This document shows, one piece after another, positions 10,483 to 19,125 of a stretch of DNA of 64,000 bases. The position numbers were made by a program, and so were the translations under genes. Under the pieces are notes generated by a model. The model saw nothing but the letters and a program-made list of their open reading frames with translations, did no database searches and was not told where the DNA came from. The stretch is from Candidatus Villigracilis saccharophilus (GTDB lineage Bacteria; Chloroflexota; Anaerolineae; Anaerolineales; Villigracilaceae): contig JADJNA010000053.1 of NCBI GenBank assembly GCA_016709305.1, forward strand, positions 3,840-67,839. Reading direction: 5' to 3'. The number at the start of each line of letters is the position of its first letter. Within the stretch, counting starts at the first letter, position 1.

Positions 10483-10570
10483 TGGCGGAGGGGGTGGGAT
10501 TCGAACCCACGTTGGTGTGACCCAAACATGTTTTCAAGACATGCGCCTTCAGCCGCTCGGCCACCCCTCC
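10483..10570 (-). tRNA. tRNA-Ser (TGA)
   Basis: Reverse complement GGAGGGGTGGCCGAGCGGCTGAAGGCGCATGTCT-TGA-AAACATG..GGTTCGAATCCCACCCCCTCCGCCA. Confidence 0.95.
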
Positions 10571-10895
10571 AGGCGAAAGCGATTTTACCATATATCAAAA
10601 CTGCCCGAGAAAAAGAAGTGGTTAAATGTTCGCATGGCGGCTTACAACCGCCAAACAACCCAACAAAACATGACATGACAGGAAGATTAGCTTCTTTTAG
10701 CGGATATAAAACAATTGAGTTTTCACGACCGCTTTTCAGTTACACCTCTCTTGATAAGATATTCCCAAATTTTGAGCGCCGCCCTGCACAAAAAATTTAC
10801 ACTGGATTTACCCGCCATTTGAGATAATGGATGTAGAATTGAAATAACCACGCAATATAATTTCGGGAATCCTCTGGAAAGGAGGAAAAAAAGAC

Positions 10896-11051
10896 ATGTT
10901 GTTCTCATCCAAAGAAAAAGGTCAGGGTCTTGTTGAGTATGCTTTAATTCTTGTTTTAGTAGCCATTGTTGTCATTGCGGCCTTGCTGATCCTGGGACCG
11001 ATGATCGGCAATGTTTTCAGCAAGATCAACTCCAGCCTCTCCACCTCATGA
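10896..11051 (+). CDS. flp: Flp/Fap family type IVb pilin (51 aa; below ORF-track cutoff)
   Basis: RBS ggagg; MLFSSKEKGQGLVEYALILVLVAIVVIAALLILGPMIGNVFSKINSSLSTS with G|xxxxEY prepilin motif. Confidence 0.9.
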   Translation: MLFSSKEKGQGLVEYALILVLVAIVVIAALLILGPMIGNVFSKINSSLSTS

Positions 11052-11291
11052 TATTTTTGTAACAAATGCCGTATATCACAGGAATAGCCGTTGATGTATT
11101 TTTCTGTATTACGGCATTTTATTTTTAATGCCAATTTCTTGATACGCAAGATTTTCTTTCGTTTTCGAAAGGTTAACATAATTGTTAAGAAATGTGTCAT
11201 TGGGCACTTGTTTTTTTTGGGGGGTATTGTACAATAGAAACATCTCAGGAGACCTTTCTGAGAAATCCAAAAGAAAGGAGAATATTTTCCC

Positions 11292-11447
11292 ATGTTATTT
11301 TCACCCAAAGAAAAAGGTCAGGGTCTTGTTGAATATGCGCTGATTCTTGTTTTGGTAGCTATTGTCGTTATTGCGGCTTTGATGATCTTAGGCCCGATTA
11401 TCGGCAACGTGTTCAGCAAAATCAACACCAGCCTTAGCGCTGTCTAA
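11292..11447 (+). CDS. flp: Flp/Fap family type IVb pilin, second copy (51 aa)
   Basis: RBS aaggag; MLFSPKEKGQGLVEYALILVLVAIVVIAALMILGPIIGNVFSKINTSLSAV. Confidence 0.9.
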   Translation: MLFSPKEKGQGLVEYALILVLVAIVVIAALMILGPIIGNVFSKINTSLSAV

Positions 11448-11461
11448 TTTACTCTGATCTC

Positions 11462-11499
11462 ACGAAAAAAGCCCTGTCTAATGACAGGGCTTTTTTTCG
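11462..11499. terminator. Bidirectional terminator
   Basis: cgaaaaaagccctgtc-taat-gacagggctttttttcg. Confidence 0.8.
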
Positions 11500-11518
11500 T
11501 GTACTTAATAAGAATTTA

Positions 11519-12663
11519 TCATCCTTTTTGCATTCGGCGCAGCGCCAGAATCGCGACCAGGTTAAAGACCACAGCCGCCAGAGACACGAATACAAAGCCA
11601 AAGCGCTGATAAATGATCGCCGCCAGAAACGCGCCCAAGGCGCGTCCGATTGAATGCCCGGTCACATTTAAGGAGAGCATCGTAGCGCGCGCTGTTGGGA
11701 TCAGCTCGGTCATTAGGGGAATATGACTGACCATAACATACTCAAAGGTAATGTAGAACAGAAATAACCCGATCAGCGCACCGGTTTGAGTTTGACCGAT
11801 GATCGGGAGCAGGATGGATGCCAGGGCGTTGCCGACCAGCCCAAGGGTCAGAGCGAGCGGTTTGCCGAGTCTGTCTGTGGTGAAGGCGACCAATCCCTCT
11901 CCGCTTAATTCTGAAATCCCGATCACAGCGGATGCCCCAGCCAAAGCAGCGATCTTCAATCCAAAAGAATTTTCGAGCCAGACCCCAAAGATCACATTAA
12001 CCAGTTCATTCCCGGCGCTGGCCCATAAGGCAATTGAAACACCTGCGAGTGCGGGTTTGGATGAAAACACGGCAAGATACCCTCCCCGCGAATCCGCCGT
12101 CAGTTCGTGATGCGGGTCTGCCTGCGGGACAATCCGCCAGATCGTTATGAAGACGAGAAGTCCCAGCACCGCCAGTACTGGAAATGGCGCAGACCAGCCA
12201 AACTTTGCGATAAGAAAACCCATCGCTGGCACGCCGACAATAAACGACATCGACCAGGCCACTTCTGTCACGGCCAGGGCGGTGCCGCGCTGTGTATAGG
12301 AATGCGGTCACCGAAGTATGCCTGCATGGATGGGTCAAACATGTATTTCCCCAATACGGCCAGAACGAGCGCTGCAGCCAGGGTCCAGATTGATGGATGG
12401 ATGGCAACCAGACCAACGCCCAAAGTGAAAATAAGCGCGCCCAGCAGCATGCCAAATTTACGCCCGCGCCGGTCTGCGATCGGAGCGAACAACGGACTGG
12501 TCACTCCGATGAGCGAGCGAACAGTCATTAAAAGCGACATGGTTGAAATATCGACGCCAAGCCCGCGCGCAAAGATAGGCAGAAAAGGATACACCATCCT
12601 GTGTGCTGTATTCAGGATGGTGCGCAGGAGCATGAAGACGATCAGTTGAAAGCGTATTCGCAA
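11519..12663 (-). CDS. MFS transporter (frameshifted near 12290)
   Basis: IADRRGRK and TDRLGKP MFS motif-A-like loops; about 12 TMs over two ORFs. Confidence 0.85.
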
Positions 12664-12668
12664 TCTGA

Positions 12669-13280
12669 TTATTCTTTAGCGGGCCGCAAGCCAAGGAAAA
12701 AGCGCGTCAGGAAATACCCGGCGATCCATGCGAGGATGTTCAAGCCTACGAAAAAAAGTATGATATTCCACAGGCCTGAATTAAAAATGGGGGATGGCGG
12801 CGGGTGCATCACATTTTGAGCAGTCGCAAAGACCACGCGCAATGTGATGATGTATAGAATATTCCCAAAAGATGTGAGCCATGAGATATTGAAAAGCCAC
12901 AGACCGAGCTGGAGTAAAACCCCCGTCACTGCAAACATGATGGCAAGGCGATAACGCGGCTCGGCAAGAAATAGTCCGTTCCAGTTGGATTGCATCGCCC
13001 AAAGGGAAAGGGGAAGATAGGTCAGCCAGAAAATAATGCCTGTGCGGCCGAGCGCGGCAGACCATGCGTGCAGAATTTCCTTTCGCAGAATCAGGGCAAA
13101 AAAACCCGCGAGCGCGGCGGCGATAAATGCGGCTTCGGCCGCCAATACCCATGCGCCATGCAGATAAACGATCTTAACATTCGCACCCAGCGATTTTTCT
13201 TCCGGGCCAAAGAAGGCCAGCATTGCAAGCAGAATAATGGTAAGGAAAAAAAAGAAAAGGGGTGATTTATTTTTTTCCAT
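12669..13280 (-). CDS. CcmC/CcsA-like cytochrome c biogenesis membrane protein (divergent)
   Basis: About 6 TMs; IVYLHGAW (His1), WAMQSNWNGLFLAEPR (degenerate WWD region), MHP (His2). Confidence 0.55.
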   Translation of the reverse strand: MEKNKSPLFFFFLTIILLAMLAFFGPEEKSLGANVKIVYLHGAWVLAAEAAFIAAALAGFFALILRKEILHAWSAALGRTGIIFWLTYLPLSLWAMQSNWNGLFLAEPRYRLAIMFAVTGVLLQLGLWLFNISWLTSFGNILYIITLRVVFATAQNVMHPPPSPIFNSGLWNIILFFVGLNILAWIAGYFLTRFFLGLRPAKE

Positions 13281-13379
13281 TGTGAAAATTTTTCTCCATC
13301 AAAAAATTATTGCCGTCTTATATTTTTTTCAGATCACGAATCGCGCTGTGTTTTTTGATCCAACGCTTTCGAGCGCGCG

Positions 13380-14108
13380 TTACTCTCCGCCATGATTTGA
13401 ATTCGTACTCGTCGTGAAGAGGTCATCGATCAAGTTACGCAACGGTGACAGGATCCCAATGTGAGCCAGCATCAATGCCGAGATCGAGACCATGACGCCC
13501 AGGATCGCAAAATCCCCAAACAGCATCCACCCATTCGGGTTGGCGACAAAGACATATCGAGCGATGATCACAAATAGTTGCAGTACACTGATCACAAGCA
13601 AAGGGATGGCGAAGGAGCGAAGTTCATGGTCTTCCACCATCAGGTGCAGGCAGATCAAAACGAATAACCCGCCCAACAACATGAATAAATAAGCCCAGAA
13701 GTGCAAGGCGTCATAATTTTGAAGGAATAGCTTTTGAATAACCTTTATGTAAAGAAGGCTGACGGCGACAAGGCATCCCCAGGCGTACATCTGAATCACA
13801 ATGGGGTAAACCAGATTGCCAAAAACGCGAATACTGACCAGGCCGAAGACCCAGCCAAAGAAAAATGCAAATCCAAGCACAATCAACTTGACCAATAATC
13901 CATCAAGGCTGCCGGCGAGCCCGTCATCAAATATGTCTAGGATAAATCTCGTTGCGCCAAGCATGGACAAAGTCAGCGCGGCCAGGCTAACAAGCATGGT
14001 AATAATGCTAAGCATCCCGCGAATATCAATGATCTTTTTACGCGGTGGTTTGGCGGGCGGTATATAAAACGGGGGGACTTTAGGGAATGGTTCTTGTGGT
14101 TTCGTCAT
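13380..14108 (-). CDS. Hypothetical integral membrane protein
   Basis: Long ORF with about 6 hydrophobic segments. Confidence 0.7.
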   Translation of the reverse strand: MTKPQEPFPKVPPFYIPPAKPPRKKIIDIRGMLSIITMLVSLAALTLSMLGATRFILDIFDDGLAGSLDGLLVKLIVLGFAFFFGWVFGLVSIRVFGNLVYPIVIQMYAWGCLVAVSLLYIKVIQKLFLQNYDALHFWAYLFMLLGGLFVLICLHLMVEDHELRSFAIPLLVISVLQLFVIIARYVFVANPNGWMLFGDFAILGVMVSISALMLAHIGILSPLRNLIDDLFTTSTNSNHGGE

Positions 14109-14149
14109 GTAAATATCTTCCAACCCATACACACTGAACTTCGTGAATT

Positions 14150-15052
14150 CTACTTCATCCGCTCACGAAAATCATAAATACCATTTTCCACAGACCAATT
14201 CGACTCGCAGATCGGGCAATGCAAATGACCGCTATTTTGCTCAAGCTTTTCGCCTTCACAATCAGGACATTTGAAAAGATCGATCACACTTAACGAGGCC
14301 GACTCAGCGCGGCTGTCACTTTTGTTTTTTGCCTTCACAAACACACTGGGCGTGAATTGCCAATACTTGCCTGTAGGCTGAAAAAATCCATCCAAGGCGG
14401 CGAGCAGCCTGGCGGGAACGATGCGTTTTAACAAACCCAGCCGAAAATGCGAAACGGTGAGCGTCTTCTCAATCGAAAACCCCAACTCTCCCAGCCAATT
14501 GCGGATCGCTCTCGGATGAAAATCAAAATTCAATTTTACAAACTCGACCGGCTCAAGCGTAAATGGATTCCATTTCTGCCTGCCAAGCAGATAACGCAAA
14601 ATGGATTTGAGATTGAGCTTATTGGCAAATTCAAGAATGAAGATCGCGTTCGGACGAAGAACTTTCTGTATCTGCCTGAGGGCTTTGGGCGCATCCGCCA
14701 TATGATGCAGAGCGCGGATCATGGTGGCGGCGTCAAATTGACCGTCACGGAAAGGGAGGCGGTAAATATCCGCGGCAACATAGATATATTGATCGGAGCA
14801 GCCAAGTTTTTCCTGAGCCTGGATCAATTGCGTGGTCGAATAATCAAGCAGGACAATGCGCTCAAAACCAGAGTAGCGCGGCGTATTGCGGCCGGCGCCG
14901 GCACCCAGCTCAAGCATGAGATTTCCGCTTGCGGGGAGCATTCTTTTGAGCGCAATCGCTTCGGCACGGTCTTCATATTCACGCCCGCCCTGCTCCCAAA
15001 AAGATCGCTGATAATCAGAGCCTTCATAATTACAAACTGGAGGAGTGGTCAT
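14150..15052 (-). CDS. Class I SAM-dependent methyltransferase with C-terminal Trm112-like Zn ribbon
   Basis: LELGAGAGR, LPFRDGQFD, LHH; CPDC..CPIC..GIYDF tail. Confidence 0.85.
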   Translation of the reverse strand: MTTPPVCNYEGSDYQRSFWEQGGREYEDRAEAIALKRMLPASGNLMLELGAGAGRNTPRYSGFERIVLLDYSTTQLIQAQEKLGCSDQYIYVAADIYRLPFRDGQFDAATMIRALHHMADAPKALRQIQKVLRPNAIFILEFANKLNLKSILRYLLGRQKWNPFTLEPVEFVKLNFDFHPRAIRNWLGELGFSIEKTLTVSHFRLGLLKRIVPARLLAALDGFFQPTGKYWQFTPSVFVKAKNKSDSRAESASLSVIDLFKCPDCEGEKLEQNSGHLHCPICESNWSVENGIYDFRERMK

Positions 15053-15055
15053 ATA

Positions 15056-15087
15056 GTCTTCTTGTCTTCTTGTCTTCTTGTCTTCTT
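15056..15087. repeat. Perfect 8-bp tandem repeat (GTCTTCTT)x4
   Basis: Read directly; lies just upstream of the methyltransferase ATG. Confidence 0.9.
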
Positions 15088-15157
15088 ATCAAAAGGAAAG
15101 TCGGATAGACGGAAATTGTACCCGACTATCCGACCTGATCATTAATTGGTCAAAAGG

Positions 15158-16457
15158 CTAGGATCGGCCAATGGCGCGATAGTTAAAACCCATTTCGCGC
15201 ATCAACCTGGGATCGTAAATATTGCGTCCATCATAAATGACCGGGGATTTGAGCAGTTCCTTCACTTTTTCAAGGTCGAGCTGCTTGAACTCGTTCCATT
15301 CTGTCACGACCATTAACGCATCGCAATCCTTCGCCATCTTGTAAGGCTCGTCGAACATTTCCACAGCAGGCAGGATCGGACGGGCAACTTCCATTGACAC
15401 CGGGTCGTAAGCGCGGACTTTCGCGCCCGCTTTGGTCAACGCTTCAGCGATATCAATGGCCGGCGCGTCACGCATATCGTCCGTGTTCGGCTTGAACGCC
15501 AACCCCAGCAGACCGATGGTCTTGCCTTTCAAATCTCCGCCGACCATTTTTTCAACGTGCTCGACCGCAGCCTTGCGGCGGTCATAGTTAACTTCCATGA
15601 CATCATTCAAAATGCGCGGGTTGAGTCCATTTTCCTTTGCCATGAAAGCCAGCGCTTCCACATCCTTCGGGAAGCACGACCCGCCCCAGCCGAGACCGGC
15701 ATCCAAAAAGTGACGGCCGATGCGCGCGTCGTAGCCCATGCCGGCGGCAACTTCCTTCACATCCGCGCCGACCAGTTCGCACAGGTCAGCCAGTTCGTTC
15801 ATAAAGGAAATTTTTGTGGCGAGGAACGCGTTGCTGGCATACTTGATCATCTCGGCGGTACGCAGGTCCGTGATGACGATCGGAGCCCGCAGCGGCAGGT
15901 GCAAATGCGCCACCTTATTGGCGGCATCCTTATCCAACGAACCGATCACAGTGCGGTGCGGGTTGGTGGAAGTCACCGATTGCAGAACCTTCACGCAGGA
16001 ATTCAGGACAGGATACGACCGAGAAGCCGATCGGCTTGGGCTAGGCGCCCTTCACAATGTCGGCCACCCAGTCACCGGTCCCGATCGGAACCGTGGATTT
16101 GTTGATGATGATCAGCGGAGCATTCATATTCTCGGCAATCGACTTGGCGGCGGCGGCCACATACTGTAAGTCCGCCGCGCCTTTTGCATCTGAGGGAGTC
16201 CCGACGGCGATGAAGGCATACTCAGCATCCTTCAACGCTTCTTTATAGGAAGTCGTGAACGTGATGCGCCCGCTGTTGACATTGCGTTTTACAAGTTCGT
16301 CGAGACCGGGTTCGTAAATGGGCATGATGCCTTTTTTAAGGTTTTCAACGCGCTGCTCATTGACATCCAATGCTGTGACGCGGTTGCCAAGATCGGCAAA
16401 ACATGCCGCTGTTACAAGACCGACGTATCCCACGCCGACGACGCAAATTTGTTTCAT
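15158..16457 (-). CDS. ugd: UDP-glucose/GDP-mannose 6-dehydrogenase (in-frame TAG at 16041-16043 and a frameshift, likely errors)
   Basis: [60 protein letters not shown]. Confidence 0.93.
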
Positions 16458-16521
16458 AAATTTTCCTCTTTGTTTATTATTTTTTATTGACTTGTTTTTA
16501 AGTCCAGAGTTGTGAAATATA

Positions 16522-16905
16522 TCACATCACTTTCCCTTTATTCACCCACAGATTTACCGTCTCCACCAGGTCAAGCAAGTCCATGGGTTTGGTGACGTAC
16601 TCATCGCAGCCCACATTCAGCGCGCGCATGCGGTCACCTGGCATGGCGTACGCGGTTACCGCGATCACAGGAATATTGGAAATGTGTTCATCTTTTTTGA
16701 TCAGGCTGGTCGCTGTCCATCCATCCATGATCGGCATGGATAGATCCATAATAATAAGGTCCGGAACTTGCTTTTGAGCGGCGCTGACCCCGTCCAGCCC
16801 GTTCACAGCCAAAAACGTTTCATATCCGTTTCTCTCGAGAACGAAACGCATTAATTCATAAGAATCCATATTATCTTCAACGACAAGGACACGTTTTTTG
16901 CTCAT
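16522..16905 (-). CDS. Single-domain response regulator (DivK/CheY-like)
   Basis: [32 protein letters not shown]. Confidence 0.9.
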   Translation of the reverse strand: MSKKRVLVVEDNMDSYELMRFVLERNGYETFLAVNGLDGVSAAQKQVPDLIIMDLSMPIMDGWTATSLIKKDEHISNIPVIAVTAYAMPGDRMRALNVGCDEYVTKPMDLLDLVETVNLWVNKGKVM

Positions 16906-16956
16906 TACGCAACTATACTACGCCTCACGAATACGGACAATATGTATATAATCACT

Positions 16957-17460
16957 GGCGGGCCGCGCCCCGGTCGTTGGGGGGGGGGGGGGCGCTTGCG
17001 GCGCCCGCCGCTCGCCCCCCCCCCGCCCCCCCCCGGCCGGGGGGGGGGCTGCCCGCCCCGCCCCCTGCTTGGGGGGGCTTGGGGGTCTTCCCCCGGGGGT
17101 CCCCCGGGGCCCGTGGCCTCTCGGGGGCTTTTTCCCCGGCTGGGGGGCCGCGGGGGCCGGGGGGGCGCCTTTCTCTGCCCCCGTGTTTCGCCCCCCCCCG
17201 TTGGGTCGGGGGGGGGGCGGGGGGGGGGGGCGGGGGGGCCCGGGGGCCGGGGGGTTCTTTTGGCGTTTTTTCGCGGGCGCCCGGGCCCCGCGGGGGGGGG
17301 CCCCCGGAGGGTTCGGGAGGGGAGGGGGGGGGGGGGGGGGGTCCCGCCGGGGGGTGGTTCCGGCCGGGGGGGGGTGGCCTTGCGGGGGGGGGCCCCGCCT
17401 TGTGGGGGGGGGGGGGGTTGGGTGTGGGGCGGGGTGTTTTTGGCGGGTTTTTTTTATTTT
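16957..17460. other. Low-complexity poly-G/poly-C tract, probably a corrupted consensus
   Basis: About 500 bp almost devoid of A, made of G and C homopolymers, unlike the rest of the window. Confidence 0.75.
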
Positions 17461-17475
17461 GGAAGGCCCGTCTCG

Positions 17476-18624
17476 ATGAAACTTCTCTTTGTGGCTGATG
17501 GCCGTTCACCGATCGCGCAAAACTGGATCCGTTATTTTGTAGAACGCGGCGACGAGGTTTATCTTGCGTCCACATTTGTCTGTGATGTGGACTTCCCGAT
17601 TAATCGGCTGGAATCTACTCCCGTGGCTTTTAGCTCTGTTAAAAAACAGAGCACCAAACCTGGCAGCGCTTCAGGGCGGACCTCAGGCCTGGTCACCGCC
17701 ATCAGACAGTGGCTTGGCCCGTTGACCATTCCCCGCTCCGCGCGAAAACTCCGTGCCTTTATTCAAGAAGTTAAACCAGACCTAGTCCACGCGCTGAGAG
17801 TGCCTTATGAAGGCATGCTCGCCGCGGAAGCGTGCACAGGCGTGCCGTTGATCGTATCCATCTGGGGCAACGACTTTACCCTGCACGCGCCGTCCACACC
17901 GCTGATGAAGTACTACACCCGACAGACAATTTCGAAAACAACTGCGCTCCATGCCGATTGTGAACGGGATATCCGTCTTGCGCGTGAATGGGGTCTCAGC
18001 GCAGAAAAACCCACTTTGGTCACCCCCGGCAACGGCGGGATCAGAAGCGATGTTTTTTATCCGCCACAAAATCCAGTGATGGATCCGATCATCATTAATC
18101 CGCGCGGATTCCGGGCCTATGTCAATAATGAGGCCTATTTCAAAGCCATTCCGCTGGTGCTTGAAAGGCGCAGCGACGCGAAATTTATTTTTTCCTCGAT
18201 GGAGGGAAAGGCGCAGGCTTTGCAATGGATGCAGGAATTAAAGATCGAACATGCGGTGCAATTGAACCCGCAGCTTTCACACCTTCAAATGGCAGAGACG
18301 TTTCGCGGCGCGCAAATTGTTGTTTCGCCAGCCATTCACGATGGCACACCCAACTCGTTGCTGGAGGGAATCGCCTGCGGATGTTTCCCGATCGCGGGCG
18401 ATCTCGAATCCATCCGTGAGTGGATCACGCATGGGCAGAACGGCCTGCTGGTGAACCCCAATGATCCGCAATCCATCGCGGACGGCATCCTGCTAGCCAT
18501 CCAAAGAGAAGACCTGCGACTGGAAGCCGCAGGCCTGAATGCAAATATGATCTCCGCGCGCGCGGAATATGGAATGAATATGAAGAAGATAGGGGAGTTT
18601 TATAAAACCGTAATTGGTGATTAG
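17476..18624 (+). CDS. Glycosyltransferase family 4 (GT-B)
   Basis: MKLLFVAD start; WGND; DGTPNSLLEGIACGC; NGLLVNP.D. Confidence 0.85.
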   Translation: MKLLFVADGRSPIAQNWIRYFVERGDEVYLASTFVCDVDFPINRLESTPVAFSSVKKQSTKPGSASGRTSGLVTAIRQWLGPLTIPRSARKLRAFIQEVKPDLVHALRVPYEGMLAAEACTGVPLIVSIWGNDFTLHAPSTPLMKYYTRQTISKTTALHADCERDIRLAREWGLSAEKPTLVTPGNGGIRSDVFYPPQNPVMDPIIINPRGFRAYVNNEAYFKAIPLVLERRSDAKFIFSSMEGKAQALQWMQELKIEHAVQLNPQLSHLQMAETFRGAQIVVSPAIHDGTPNSLLEGIACGCFPIAGDLESIREWITHGQNGLLVNPNDPQSIADGILLAIQREDLRLEAAGLNANMISARAEYGMNMKKIGEFYKTVIGD

Positions 18625-18649
18625 GAATTGGTAAATTACCAATTCCTTG

Positions 18650-18868
18650 TTAGAACTCCCTCGGCGCTCGTAAAGTTTCGAGCCGTCCGCGCAGTTCGAT
18701 CTTGCGCGAATCTGCAGCGTGCTGAACATCGTGCATAAAGCCCTGTCCGCGCTCACGCAGTTCGCCGCGCAGCCTCTCGCCTGATTCAGGTGCTAAAAGC
18801 AACGCTACCGTGGACCCCACCAGCGCGCCAACAAATATCCCAATTAGAAAACCAAACATTCTTCGCAT
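18650..18868 (-). CDS. YtxH-like protein
   Basis: GFLIG..VGALVG..VALLLAPESGERLR. Confidence 0.8.
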   Translation of the reverse strand: MRRMFGFLIGIFVGALVGSTVALLLAPESGERLRGELRERGQGFMHDVQHAADSRKIELRGRLETLRAPREF

Positions 18869-19048
18869 GTGAATTTCTCCGTTTCTATATGTCATTGAGA
18901 TGACATGTGATGTTGAATAAAAATATTATACTGCTTATTAACCAGACTTCGAAAGTCCTGTGTAAATCGTAAGAAACGCCATCCCCTCACTGTCAAATAC
19001 ATGCACCACAATAGCCAAAACCATCATTTTGTGGAATAATGTCCACAC

Positions 19049-19125
19049 CGCACGTATCCTTGGGAACGTGACGAATTAAAACAAATCAAAACGTAATTCG
19101 GACTCTACCTATATCGGAGGGTACC
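19049..19125 (+). ncRNA. pan RNA motif-like cis-regulatory leader of panB
   Basis: Two hairpins with the same architecture and two bulged As each (CG-CACGT-A-TCC-ttg-GGA-ACGTG-A-CG; GG-ACTCT-A-CC-tatatc-GG-AGGGT-A-CC); the second sequesters the GGAGG RBS. Confidence 0.7.

Noticed and set aside
10896-11447. Flp pilins as conductive e-pili for the cytochrome island
   Set aside because: The mature pilins have only two aromatic residues, are type IVb, and show no clear copy of the island operator.
16041-16043. In-frame TAG in ugd and in-frame TAA at 33138-33140 in cytochrome b as stop-codon recoding
   Set aside because: The two codons differ and each is one substitution from the expected residue (Gln, Tyr). 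TAG and TAA end many normal genes here, and the assembly is error-rich.
16942-17575. Gly/Pro/Arg-rich ORFs, including an N-terminal extension of the glycosyltransferase
   Set aside because: They are products of the stop-free G/C tract; the glycosyltransferase has its own plausible start at 17476.
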